Shown here: positions 12,859 to 25,050 of the stretch, piece after piece
How positions within the stretch are numbered: position 1 is the first letter of the stretch
How the letters are laid out: each line of letters opens with the position of its first letter
Source of the DNA: Amphiscolops sp. MND2022
Lineage: Eukaryota
Reading direction: 5' to 3'
Assembly: GCA_964187785.1 (NCBI GenBank)
Contig: OZ076414.1
Span: 4,154,001 to 4,218,000, forward strand
Length of the DNA stretch: 64,000 nucleotides
Notes under the pieces: model-generated
Database searches by the model: none
What the model saw: only the letters and a program-made list of their open reading frames with translations
What the model was told of the DNA's origin: nothing
Made by a program: the position numbers and the translations under genes

Positions 12859-12940
12859 CCAACGAAGGCACCAAACAATTGAGAACCAACGAAGGCCAAT
12901 CCCTTGAGACCAACGAAGGACACTGTCAAAGCCAACGCCG
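12859..12940. repeat. Short tandem repeat (CCAACGAAGG x3 plus one degenerate copy, 22-27 bp period)
   Basis: Copies at 12859, 12886, 12910 and (degenerate) 12932. Confidence 0.7.
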
Positions 12941-12998
12941 CGACAACCATCCTGTGCACATTTGGCTCCTGCGCTCCCCTTCCAAATCCCCCCGGGAG

Positions 12999-13369
12999 TG
13001 TCATGCCAGCATGATGGAAATATAATCTACTAAAGATCTGTAATGTAAATAATATGTCTTATGTACTTAGATATGGGCAATATGATGTCATATAATAAGA
13101 TCCATGGTTGTGAGCAACCCTACGTTACTTGTACCTAATCCCCTATTCCCCCATTGAGATTTGAGCTATCTACTTACTTAATACTGAGCATTCTAGTTCC
13201 GCTTGTCCGCAATTCATGATCGTGCTAATAAGCAAATGATGCTATTTTATTTTTAATGGCTTGTCACGAGAAAGGGAAGTAGTCTTCTCGGTCAAACTGG
13301 ACCGCTGAATGGGGAAAATAGAGCTAACACTGTTAGGAAGCTCCTGCCTCAGAGCAAACTAACGTGACA
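12999..13369. repeat. Candidate LTR (371 bp, TGTCA...TGACA)
   Basis: Perfect 5-bp inverted termini. It lies between the Gypsy-A extension and the next gag start. There is no second copy in the window, no TSD, and no clear PBS or PPT. Confidence 0.4.
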
Positions 13370-13397
13370 AGCCTAATTCCGCCCAATAATCGATTGA

Positions 13398-13930
13398 AGA
13401 TGATAAAACGATGAAATCTGTGCTAAATCCTTTACTTTAGTACAAAGTAAACAAGTTTCATCTATATTACATCGTCTGGCCACGTAACACAGCCAGGAAA
13501 GAACATTTAGAAATGACGATGTGAAACCGATGAAACTTGCTGCTGCTTTAATTTGCGCTAATTTCACAACGATGTGAAACCGATGAAAATGTTCCATCGT
13601 TTGTACATCGCTAATGACTGAGCAGTTCAACTCAAATATACAAACGATGAAGAAACGATGAAAATCTTTCATCGTTTAGACATCGCATAAGACGAAAGTC
13701 ACCGACGATGATGAAGCGATGTAACATCTCCCACCTGTCGAAATGCTCTCTCCTGTTCACACGGTTCATCGTTTTCACATCTAGTTGATCATACGAACCA
13801 CCGACTAGACTCATTTCATCTATTTTTCATCCACCGCCATACTAACGTGATCAACTACTGAAAACGATGGAAAAACGACAAAACTTGTGATATTTTACAT
13901 TTTTATCAATTTAACGATGAATAAACGACA
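13398..13930. repeat. Second CGATG/CATCG palindrome array in the leader upstream of gag
   Basis: Full units at 13570-13610 and 13645-13685. Half units with 11-bp spacing at 13517/13528, 13706/13717, 13865/13876 and 13915/13926. Confidence 0.85.
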
Positions 13931-14410
13931 AAACTTGTTGTAATTTGCATTTTATCGATTTAGTGCAAGTAAATCATCATTCATACATCCCCATACCTCT
14001 GAATCTGAATTCTATCCACTTTAGACACTAAACTAACGCAATTGCAGTAACTATCATGATTCAGAGAGCGCCTGCTAGCATTAGTTCATTATATATTCAT
14101 GATAATTGATTTGAATTGTGTTATTGCGCAATTGCTAATTGGTAGCCCTCTTGCGACATGCGAAACAACCGGTCACGTGACCAAGTGCTAATTAGAACAT
14201 TACCCGACGTCCAATGAGGATGAAGCGATGGTAAGAATTGCGTCTTACCATCGGTCTGGTGAAAAGGCTACCAACTAAGACACACGAATTGCTACAACTA
14301 TACAATACACTTACATACTCTGCTTGCTCACAATACCTATATTCTTGCTTAGTTGTACCACAAACTCTCATAGTTCAACTCTTATCCAACATTCCTGCTT
14401 CTCATTGCTT

Positions 14411-14741
14411 ATGAGTATTGAATCTGCTAAAATACTTGGAAACGGAAAAGTGTTAACTGATCCTTTACTGAAACCTTCATTAAACGGTACGGATAGTAAT
14501 CCCAATCTTAACATGGAATCCTCAACCAATTTCTCGGAAGAAATAAATCAATCGGGTGGAAATTCACCAACCAATGAAGATCATAATCAGATGGCCAACG
14601 AAGAACGTTTTAATCGACTACAAGACGAAATGTCAGTACTGAAGTCCTTAATGGAGAAAATCATAACTCAGAACGAAGAGTGAAACAGGCAAAATGGTGG
14701 TCCTTTTGCGACGTCAGCTTACGCCGTGGAGACCTCCAACA
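14411..14741 (+). pseudogene. gag: Truncated gag N-terminus of a second Gypsy-A copy
   Basis: ATG at 14411. The frame continues past TGA (14681-14683) into TSAYAVETSN, matching TSAYAVGTSN at the window start. Similarity ends abruptly at 14741. Confidence 0.8.
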
Positions 14742-15404
14742 GTAATTGTTTTATAAAAATTGCAAGAGAAAATTTTCCAATTAGTCACAAAAAAACTCAG
14801 TGAAATTTGTTCATATTGAGAATTAATTTGAAATTTGTTTCCGGAAACAATGAACTTTGAATTAAATCGGTTTGAGTAGAGCTGATTCGTCCATTTTGAC
14901 TTCGAGATAACTTAGCATTTTTTGTTTAGTTTATCCTTGGTTTAGTATGTTTCCAATTTCATTTCAAGTATCCTTTGGTACCAAAACAGTGGTAGCTGTA
15001 ATTTGGAAGGTATCAGCTCAGATTTTCACTCGAACTGTTTAGCGTTTAATTTTCTTAAGTTAAGATCCCCTGGGTTAAATTGATGCATGAGTATGGTGAC
15101 ATGGTTTGTATGTTTTGTTCTCTTCACATGCTATCTGTGACGTCATGGCTATTGCAAACGTCCCCACAGTCCTCGAAGCAAGCGTCTCTTGAGTAAACGC
15201 CTCGCTTTTTTAGCACATGAACCTGAAATCAGCAACAATGTTGAAAGAATTGTTGAACTCAAAATAGATAAAAGCTTTATGTCTATTTTAGTCGGCGCTT
15301 TTAGAATAAAAGGGCCCGACTGTTACAGCTCCTCGTTTTGTTTGAGACAGACTCGAAGCAAGCGACGAATTTTTGTTAAGTTTGTTCAACTAAACCAATA
15401 CCTG

Positions 15405-15540
15405 GGAAACGCATCTAAGTTGTTACAAAGGGCCCCCTGTTCATTTTTATTTTTAAAACGTGACATACAAACCCGAGCGAGACTAAATGGTCCCCCCTTT
15501 CCTTTTGTTTTTTTTCGGCACTGTGCAACTTTTTTCGAAG
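15405..15540. repeat. Dispersed repeat (inverted copy at ~53940-54070)
   Basis: Shared GGAAACGCATCTAAGTT ... TTTTCGGCACTGTG...TTTTTTCGAAG blocks in opposite orientation. Confidence 0.6.
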
Positions 15541-16619
15541 ATTTTTTTTACCCTAGGTATGGCCCCGAAATGAGACGTTCTTGTCTTGCTTAGACTTGCA
15601 AGATTTGAACAATAGAACAACAACGTAACTCGCTCGAATAACAGTTTTCCTTTTACTCAAATCATCTGCGATAGTCTTCGAAATTGTCTTAATTTGGCAC
15701 AAAGTTTAGTTCAAAGTAGATTGGTTAGCTATCCCGGATAGACAAGGCTTGAACATTTTACATTAGTGTGTGAAATTGATCATGATTTCTTCAGAATGTG
15801 ATGGAGAATTTCATGTCTCTACTTTTCAATAAGGTATTCAAATTTTATCAAGTTTTCTGGACGTCTCGTTGGTACAGTACCGCGAAGTTTCAAGTTTGAA
15901 TATACCCAAGCTCTCTAACACCAACGTAATCTAGAAATGCACTTTTTTCAAGCCGAAAATACTTTTCAAGTTATATCGAAATATTTGTATAGTACATACT
16001 TGGTCGATCTGATTTCCATGTGGTGATTCTACCTCAGCAGATGCTCTCGGGTGATAATGGGCTTCAATCAAGTTGAGAACAAGCATCGATAGAAACACAG
16101 CATCGACACAGCTTGAGAAACATGGATATCATTTTGTTTTTCGCTGCTAAAAACAAAACGCTTAGAGAAAATTTGACGAGAATTACGATACGGGCAAAAC
16201 CAGGTGAGATATTTTATCGCTAAATACCTTTTCTCAAGAAACCAAATTGAGAAAAATTTTCGAATGGAAGATGCCCTTGCCTTCTTTGGCTACTGATTTG
16301 TCCTGAAGATAACACATTGTACATAAAAGAGTAAACGTATGAACTAACTTTCCAAAATGTATTCAAAATCACATTACATTATTGACAGTAACTTAATTTT
16401 AAAACTGTCCTATAACTGATCGATAAAAAACCACTTTAAGCGTTTTTTTTCTCCTTGATTCGAATTCATTCGTTTCAATTTGGCTCCAAAAAGCGTTAAC
16501 TCGAAGATCATCTGTTTGCCCCATTTAGGTCCTATTTGGGCGCTGTTAAAAACATCTTGTTGTGTTTCTAAAAATACTCAAGCATTTGAAATCTAATCAA
16601 CATATAATAGGCTGCAAAA

Positions 16620-16823
16620 TAGGACAAACACCCCCAAATGATCTTTTTATATATTGAAGTTTGCAAAGTTACGCAAATTGCAACCGTGTCTTTCTTTTAA
16701 AGACCTGCCCAGCAAATTGAAAAGGCCCAAGAAGCACAGGTGCTAAGAGAGACCCCCACAAAAGTAGAACCCCACCCCCCCCCCCGAGAGGAAAGCGGAA
16801 CAAAAGAGAACGCAGATTCACGA
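16620..16823 (+). repeat. Gypsy-B 5' LTR, left part
   Basis: ATTGAAGTTTGCA...TTACGCAAATTGC.ACCGTG is shared with 36531-36570. Confidence 0.7.
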
Positions 16824-17542
16824 AGTTGGCGCCAGTCAATTGCAAGATCAGAAACCGAATTGTGAACGTGACTGATGAGACTTATAACTCGAAACTCTTG
16901 GAAACTTCATCAAGATTTTAGCTAGAAAATTACAAGTACCAGCAAAATTAGTGATGCGCCAAAATCACCACCCCCCTTTTTGAGAAGCACTTGTTCAATC
17001 ACCCTGGAACTTAGAATGTATATACTACAGGTGCTAACTCAACTTTTCACTAGAGACACTCAACTCCGTATCTCCCATGGGTTCCGAGCAATTTGTACCC
17101 AACGTGACCTAGGTAAGACCCCCTGAAAACCCAATTTTGATAGACAAATTGATGAGATTTTCTCATGTGACCTTGAAGGTTATGTAATGCTTCTGATATT
17201 GTTGGTATTTACATTGTATAAACATACTTTCTAGCCTACCTAATAATCATGTCAAAACCACCACATGGTTTGTTTACTTAGTCAATAACTTCATATTATG
17301 CTTTAGATGTTGTTTATTTACACTTCATTTTTTCACTTATATTTATCGAAAAGTTGTAAACGATATGTATACCATAACTAACTAGGCACAAATTGATTAG
17401 AAAGTTGTATTCAATTTGGGTCTCAGGAATATTTCAAGTCTCAATTAATTTCTTTAACTCTTTTCGACTTTTCGCCGAAGAATTAGGTGGCGACTAAGTT
17501 AGTTACACTGAACTTCTGGAGAATTGGACGCGTTAAGAGACA
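16824..17542 (+). repeat. BEL-1 5' LTR (alignable part)
   Basis: Aligns to 23617-24334. Confidence 0.85.
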
Positions 17543-17926
17543 AGCACCCTACAGAAATGTGTGCCTTGCAAAGTGGTCACATCTGGACTCTTCTCTGTAA
17601 TTAGTGTACTCTGAGGCTTGGGTTACTTCTGCAGGCTCTTGGAGATTGTATTCGCAGTGGTATTGCTGGAGCTCTTGGGTATAAGGTGAACTCTGTGGTT
17701 TTGGGCTACTTCATCGGCTTGTTGTGAGTTGTATTCACAGTGGAATATTTGGACTCTTTGGTTCATTCGATGTACTTTGTGGTTTAGGGCTAGTTCAAAA
17801 TAGCTGAACCTAAGAAAATTGATTACAAAAGAATTCAGAACCATTAGAAGAGTTCTATGGACTAGTCACAACTGCCGAACCGACAAGAACTTTTGATCCG
17901 ATGGGAGAGGCTCGTCGTAGTAAACC

Positions 17927-20900
17927 TTGGAAGCTCGAAATAAAAACATTGGTCAGATGCTAACAATGATGTGGAGCCTAAAGAATGAAGGGCAGTTAAA
18001 GGAATTCCTACAGCTTCAAAACTCTAAAGTGAAATATGTTAAAATGCTTCAGGAAAACGAAGAAGAACCCGACAAAAATCAGAATAATCTTTGCAACTCA
18101 GAGGATTACAAAACATTGGTACAAACCAACGAAGAAACCCTCAAAATGAGAACTGAAATTGTGGCTAAAATGAATGAGTTGTTGAAACCTAGTGGAGATA
18201 CTTCAAAGTACCGTGAAGTGCATCCTATGGAAGGAGTCATGGCCCGTGCCAGGGCGGAATGGCAAGCACAACCGGTAAAGTCGTGCTACACTTCTTCTGA
18301 GAAGGTTCATTACGATACATACGCCGCAACGAACTAGCAAGATCTTGCTAGTTTGATTAAGAGACAACAAAAACGCGTTATTATTTCAAATACGCGGTAC
18401 GTTTTTTGATCGTTACACTGTGTGATTTGGCGTTACGTGTAGTGATCGAAATTCAGAAAAAGACTACTTTACACAAGCACGCTCAAGGATAACAGTGCAC
18501 ACTGTGCACTTTTTACCTAGAATACGGTTCGCTTTCGTTTTACGGAAAAGACACTTTACACTGGATAGTGAAATCCACTTCTGCGGCATATGTATCGTAA
18601 TGATGCTAATGAAAAAGTGGCACATGGTACCGTTGGACCCAATTCGCATGTGAATCGTTGGATTAATGAGGTGAAATCGTTACCCGAAGAAAGAGACAGG
18701 TGAGCAAGCAAGGCGTATTAAAAGGGCAACAGAACGGCAGTTAGCTCCAAGTCAACAAATGCGAAGCGTGTAGTACATATTGATTTAGAAGCAAGGAAAA
18801 AACAGAAAGAATGGATGAGCAACTAGCTGCCAAAAAACTTCAAGCCGAGATCCGAAGGAAACAAGAGGAGTTGAAAAGGAGGACACTCGCGGAGGAACTA
18901 GAAATCGCCACACTCGAAGAATAAAACGCGAGGGCTAAACGAATCAGAGAGAAGAATTGGAACTAGCTCGAGAGGAGGGAAACCGAGAGAGCTCAATTTT
19001 GCGAAGCATCTCGCCAATGCCCATCCACAGCGATCCGTTCAGAAAGGTACCTTCTGGTCTTGATGAAATTGGATGTGACAAAAAACAACAATGCATGGAA
19101 AAGAGTTATCCAGAATCGCACTGGCTAGTGAACCAATTTAACCACAATGTGACGCATTGCCACACACAAAAAAAATACCCACCTGGCTGCTAAAACGGCG
19201 CGGCCGACCACTGTAAAGGATGGTACGTCGGTCAGTCGATTCGTGCCGAATGCGGCATCAACGAAGACGCAAAAATATCAGACAGTGCAACAACATGTGC
19301 AGTTTGGGAGCTTGGCACATCCAAGCCAACCATGATTAAGTAACCAGACGAGAACTGGTACATTGCCGCCACCAGTGACACCCTCAGTTAACTACTATGC
19401 CCCTATACAGAGTCAGTTCGAGCCAACAAGAAATGAAGCAGTGAGCCTACAAGCCAGTTTGCCTAATCTGAAGGTGGCAGAATTCGCAGATGACCTAGAA
19501 GGCGTCCTGAGTAGTGCGACCAGAAAACTGCCATTGAACATGAAGATCAGAATGATTGGCATACGCGAGACAAAATGCCAACACTTACATGGTGCTGGAA
19601 GCGTTCAGTTCATGGTTGCAAGAGGTAGCGGCTGTGCAGGAAGACGTTCTCAAGACAGACAATCCCAACACAGACCAATCGAAATGGACAAGTAAAGACA
19701 AGCCAAAGAACTATACGTTCTCAACTATCGCTGACAACAATACCGACAAGAAGACTGGTTGTGATTGTTTATTGAAAGATGGTTAACATCATTTGTGGAA
19801 ATGCGAGAAGATTCAGAAGATGACTTGTCAGACGCGATATGAGAAAGTCAATGAATTGAACCTCTTGTAGCAGGCGGTACCATCGATTGCAACACCGCGA
19901 GCCAAATGAACGGCAGAAAGAAAGTAGACAGGAAGACCACAACAGAAAGAGGAGGCGAACTTTGCATTCTGCTCACTGAAGCGCAAGTGGGATTCTACCC
20001 GTTATACCTGTAATCAACCAAGTTGGAAAAAGGCAAGATGCGATTTTGACGTTGTGCAACTCTGGAGCAAGCCTATCGTTCATAGACAAGACATTAGCTG
20101 AATAGTTAAATGCTCATATGGAAGAAATTGACCTGAGTGTGGCGGGAATACATGGGACAAATGACATGAAATGGGAACGAATCACCGTGGAAATTCGTGG
20201 CACGGCAAGGGGCGATACACACCACATGACAGTCTACACTAATCCAAACATAAACACCGGAACAATGGTACACAACAATCGGGAGCTCAAACATGCCCAT
20301 CCCCATTTGTCGGTTCTATGCGAAGAAACATTGAACCCCAAAGATTTAGAAATGATATTGGCACAAAATTGCTACCATATACATTGGCCTGAATTATAAA
20401 AATGATGCAATGATGCACGAATGGGGATTCTTGAGAAAAGAAACGAAACTTGGATGGACGCTCTGTGGACCACTTCCACAGCAAGAAGCTGTGCAGGTGA
20501 CTGCATCTTGTGTAACAGCTTCTGCAGATAATGATCTGACAGATCAGTGTAAAAATTGGTGGTACATTCAATCCTACGCATCTCGCTGCGGTGTTTCCCG
20601 AAGGGACAAGGACGATGAGAAAACGTTGCAGATACTAGAACAAAATACAAGGTTTGATGGTGAAAGATACGAAGTTGGCCTTCTCTGGAAACGAAATGAC
20701 ACCTTCTTGCCGAACAATTACTCTTCGAGATTGAGCCAAATGAAATCGTTAGAGAGTAGACTCCAACAGAAACAGGAATTGAACTCTATTAAGACACCAT
20801 CAAAGTAGATGTTGAGAAGAGATTCGTCAGAATCCTAAAGCATGAAGAGTTAGAAGCCACAAAATTAGAAAGACATTGGTATGTCCCACAACACCCAGTT

Positions 20901-22955
20901 GAAACCACAAACAAACCTAGGAAAGTGAGGCGAGTCTGCAACGCAGCCTCTAAATTCAGAGGAATTTCACTGAACGATAACCTCTTGACATGACCGGACT
21001 TACTGCAGGTTCTGATTGGAATAATCTTCAGGTTCAGAGAACAAAGATCGCCATCACTGCTGACAATGAAGCGATTGTCCCACAAGTTGAAGTACCACCG
21101 GAAGATTGTAATTACCAAAGTGATAAGGCGGAACTTCCAAATGGATGACTTTTTCAAGTCTGTTCCCAGCGCGGAGCAGGCTTTGAAAATCCACAAATTG
21201 TTGCGAGCGATGTTGGCAAGAGGAGGCTTTCACTTAACAAATTGGATTAGCAACTGCGAACAGACCATGACGTCTATCGACCAAGCAGACAAGTCACCGT
21301 CCTCTAGTAAAACCTTCGAAGCTGAGCCGACTTCTCCATCCATCTTGCGACTTCAATGGAGCGTTGACGCAGACAATCTGGAAGTCTGCAGAGGCATGCA
21401 GAAGGAGATACCGGTGACGATAACGCAGAGAGCGGTGTTATCCCATGTTTCAGCTGTATTCGACCCTCTGGATAAAGTGTCTCTTTTCACCATAAGAATG
21501 CGACTCTACTAGGGAAGGTGAAGAGACAGTCGTGGGAACGAAATGAAGAAAATCAACATGAATTCAAGAAATGGGCATCAGAGGTTATTCAGGTGGATCA
21601 AATTGTTCTCAAAAGAACATACTTTGAGTCTGGAATGAACAAAGTTGATCTACATATCTTCTTAGACGCTTCGTTGGAGGCAATGTGCATGGTTGCCTAT
21701 CTGCTAGAACAAGACAATGGCGAGGTTACCTTTGTTATTGAAAAATGTTGGAGATGCAAGCGGCAGTTTTTGGAGTGAGGCTGCGAGAACTTATCTTGGA
21801 AGAACATGATATTGAAATAGACCGAACCGTACATTGGACAGATTCAACCACTGTCCTACAATGGCTCCATTCAGCTAACAAGAAGCAACAAGTCTTTTTA
21901 GCGAACAGAGTTGCAGAAATACTCGGAAGCTCAACTATAGCCCAATGGCGACTTGTTGAAGGAAAACTGAACCCCGCTGACATTGACACTCGCGGATTGA
22001 CAGTCAAAGGCCTGAAGGAGAGTTAGTGGCTGATAGGGCCGGCGTGGCTTAGCGAGACAGAGGACGCTCGACCTAGGTCGCCTAAAAAGCTGCAATTAAG
22101 CATTCAAGAGAAGTCTGAATCAGTCATGGAAGCTGCTGTAATGGAACCGGCATTCAAATGATGATGTTTTCAGTCTTTCAAGAAAACGATTTTGGAAGAA
22201 AAGGAAATCTGAAGGAGTACTTTTCGTTGAAGAACTCAACGCTGCGAAGCTAGCAATTTTGAAACGTTGTCAGAAGGAAAGCTTTTAAGATCTCTAAAGA
22301 GCAGGCGTTGTCGGCTTCAGATCATTTGGATAAATTGTCGCCGTATCTGAATGAAAACAGATTGCTGCGACTACAAAGTCGACTGCAGCATTCAAGATCA
22401 TGTTATGAGGTCAAACACCCTATCTTGTAGTCAGCAAAGCATTATGTAGTCATCACGTTGATTGAAGATGCTCATCAAGCGAATTTTCATGAGAGCACAT
22501 AATACGTCGGAAGTGTTCTGAGGCAAGAATATTGGATTATTGGATTGCGAAGTGCTCGGAGGAACGTCAAAGCGAAATGTGTTAAAGGTTGAAAGCAACA
22601 AGCTGGAGTGTCTCAACCATTCAAGGCTGATTTACCGCGAGAGAGGTTGCAGGAACGAGTGTTCCCATTTACCAGCACTTGAGTTGTTTATTTAGGTCCC
22701 TTTGAAGTTAAGTTCATAAGACGATGAAGAGATATCGTTGTCTCTTCACATGTTTGACGACTAGAGCAGTACACATTGAAGTTGTTCCATCTTTGGAAGC
22801 AGAGACCTGCCTTAATGCTATAAAACGGTTTATTGCCCGAAGAGGCAAACCTGCTACAGTTTTGAGCGATATTGGGACAAACTTCGTGGGTGCAGCTAAA
22901 GAAATGAGGGATTGTATAAATGCATGGATTCAGTCAGATATTGAGAAAACCTTTA

Positions 22956-23008
<53 letters not shown>

Positions 23009-23589
23009 AAGTGGAAATTCAACCCCCCTGGGACTCCACATTTTGGAGGAATCTGGGAACGTCTGGTTCGAAGCTGGAAAAAAGCAATGATAACTGTATT
23101 GGATGGACAATCCTCGACAAACGTCGTCCTTATAAAAACTATGTGCTTAGTAGAACAGGTGTTTACTGCCAGACCACTGACTAGTGCTGGTGACGATCCT
23201 GATGACATGGAAGACTCGACACCAATTCACTTCTTATTGGGAAGAGCTTATTTATCCGCACCATTCCTACCGGACGCTCAACGAAACATAGGTTTAGGAC
23301 GAGTGTTTCGAGTGTCGCAAACTTATTCAGATATAATCTGGACTAACTGGACTAAAGAATATCTGCCGGACGGAAAGTGCGTAGTAAATGGAAAAAAGAT
23401 GATGTAAGACAGCTGAAAGCGAAAGAGTTGGTTTTGGTCGTGAATGAAAAGGTGAAACGGTCCAGCTACAAGTTGGCAAAAGTAGTGGACACGCAAGAAG
23501 GAAGCGATGACAGAGTTAGATCTGCGACAGTTGTGACAAAAGATGGAAACCTCAAAAGTGAAACTGGCACTTCGCCTTTACGAAAGTGA
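17927..23589 (+). pseudogene. pol: BEL-1 gag-pol remnant
   Basis: Pao-type motifs: WYVPQHPV..KPRKVRRVCNAAS, NFQMDDFF, LHIFLDAS, HWTDSTTVLQW, NPADIDTRG, YRCLFTCLTTRAVHIE, PHFGGIWERLV. Many stops and frameshifts, and an internal RT deletion near 21120. Confidence 0.9.
22959..23006. repeat. (GA)24 microsatellite inside the BEL-1 integrase
   Basis: 48-bp pure GA run. Confidence 0.95.
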
Positions 23590-23616
23590 TTTTCGGGTGA
23601 AAAACAGTGCCGGAAA

Positions 23617-24493
23617 TGTTGGCGCCAGTCAGTTGTAAGATCAGAAACCGAGTTTTGAACGTGATTGATGAGACTTATAACTCGAAACTCTTGGAAACTT
23701 TATAAAGATTTAAGCTGGAAACTTATAAGTTCAAGGAAAATTAGTGATGCACCAAAAAACACCATCCCTCTTTGAGAAGCACTTGTTCAATCATACTGAA
23801 ACTTAGCATGGGGTAACTCGCATTGCTTACTCAACATTTCACTAGATTCACTCAACCCCGTATCTGCCCTGGGTTCCGAGCTGTTAAAACCCAAAGTGAC
23901 CTAGGTCAGACCCCATAAAAACCCAAATTTGATAGACAAATTACTATGTGATTTTCTCATGTGACCTTGAAGAATATGTAATGCTAATGGTACTGGTGGT
24001 ATTTACATTGTAAAAAAAGACTTTCTGGCCTACCTAATAATCATGTCAGAACCACAACATAATTTGTTTACTTGGTCAATATCTCCATATTATGCTTCTA
24101 ATGTCATTTATTTGCACTTCATATTTTGACTTATATTTATCGAATAGTTGTAAAAAATATTTATACCATAACTAAAATGGCACAAATTGTTTAGAAAGCT
24201 GTATTCAATTTGGGTCTCTGGAAAATTTCAAGTCTCAATTCATTTCTTTAACTCTTTTCGACCCTTCGCCGAAGAATAAGAGCGACTAATTTAGTTACTA
24301 TGAATTTCTGGAGAGTGGGACGCGTTAAGAGACAAGAAAGAAGTGCATTTCGGGTTCATTGGATCCTACAAGTCAAGAGACAGTCCTTTTAATCTAAGAA
24401 GAAAGCAGTGTTCGGTAACGATCCGCAGTGCCGAGCACCGAATGCAGGGCGCTGTAAAGTTTGGTCAAGTGCAGGGATCGAGCAGCCGTTACA
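23617..24493 (+). repeat. BEL-1 3' LTR
   Basis: Starts TGTTGG after CCGGAAA (Pao-type PPT) and ends ...GTTACA before the TSD-like CACGG. The last ~160 bp are not matched in the 5' LTR. Confidence 0.7.
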
Positions 24494-25012
24494 CACGGCC
24501 TACAAAAAAACTCTTGCTAAATATAGTTGATTCTCACGCCATTGTGACCAAATCATGCCAGTATGCTGTAATTACAAAAAGCAGCAAAAATTGAGCTGCA
24601 AAAGCTGAAAAACGAGTCTTTCCGCTTAAAAAAGCTCACGGTGCTTGTGTCGTCCTACTAATTGCCGTTCATGTTGTAATTTGCGTTGTTTGTCTTGTTT
24701 TAATGTTTAGGTCGTGAGCTATTGTTTTGCAATCTGTACATTGTGGAAAATCATTTTTGGCACCACCTTCCTGTACGTTTTTAAAAGGCAACCAGAACGG
24801 TATTTTCGAAGAAAAATCGTAAATCAAGTTACCAGTAGCAACTACAGACTGGATCAGCCCGTCGAGGAGGGACCGCCTTCTGACGGGACAGTTTTTACCC
24901 CGGGAGGCAAAATGTGCTCATGGGCATGGGCGCCTGTCCCGGGCACATACCTATACTAGAAGTTCGTCATCTTCACTGACGGAGGCTCAAGTGACGGAAC
25001 GTTTTCGTTACA
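24494..25012 (+). repeat. Gypsy-B 5' LTR, right part
   Basis: Aligns with 36656-37203 and ends CGGAACGTTTTCGTTACA in both copies. Confidence 0.75.
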
Positions 25013-25030
25013 AGGAGATAAATCGTTTTA

Positions 25031-25050
25031 TGGCAACCACAGGGGGATCG
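25031..25050 (+). promoter_or_regulatory. Gypsy-B primer-binding site (tRNA-Arg-like)
   Basis: TGGCAACCACAGGGGGATCG, 18 nt after the LTR end. It resembles the complement of an animal tRNA-Arg(UCG) 3' end (TGGCAACCAC...), recalled from memory. Confidence 0.55.

Larger units (their letters stand above)
1..14741 (+). mobile_element. Ty3/Gypsy LTR retrotransposon 'Gypsy-A' (5' end outside window, degenerate, ~14.7-kb unit with long 3' extension)
   Basis: gag, PR, RT, RNase H and IN motifs occur in Gypsy order. Positions 1-30 recur at 14712-14741 (29/30 identical), giving a unit length of 14,711 bp. The same CGATG motif pairs occur throughout. The right-hand boundary is inferred. Confidence 0.8.
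16824..24493 (+). mobile_element. BEL/Pao LTR retrotransposon 'BEL-1' (degenerate), nested in the Gypsy-B 5' LTR
   Basis: LTRs start at 16824 and 23617 (GTTGGCGCCAGTC) and are about 85% identical by eye. Flanks are CACGA/CACGG (4/5 TSD), and the interrupted LTR resumes at 24494. Confidence 0.8.

Noticed and set aside
12807-13004. Hydrophobic 65-aa minus ORF with SFVG repeats
   Set aside because: Explained by the short tandem repeat at 12859-12940; no independent coding evidence.
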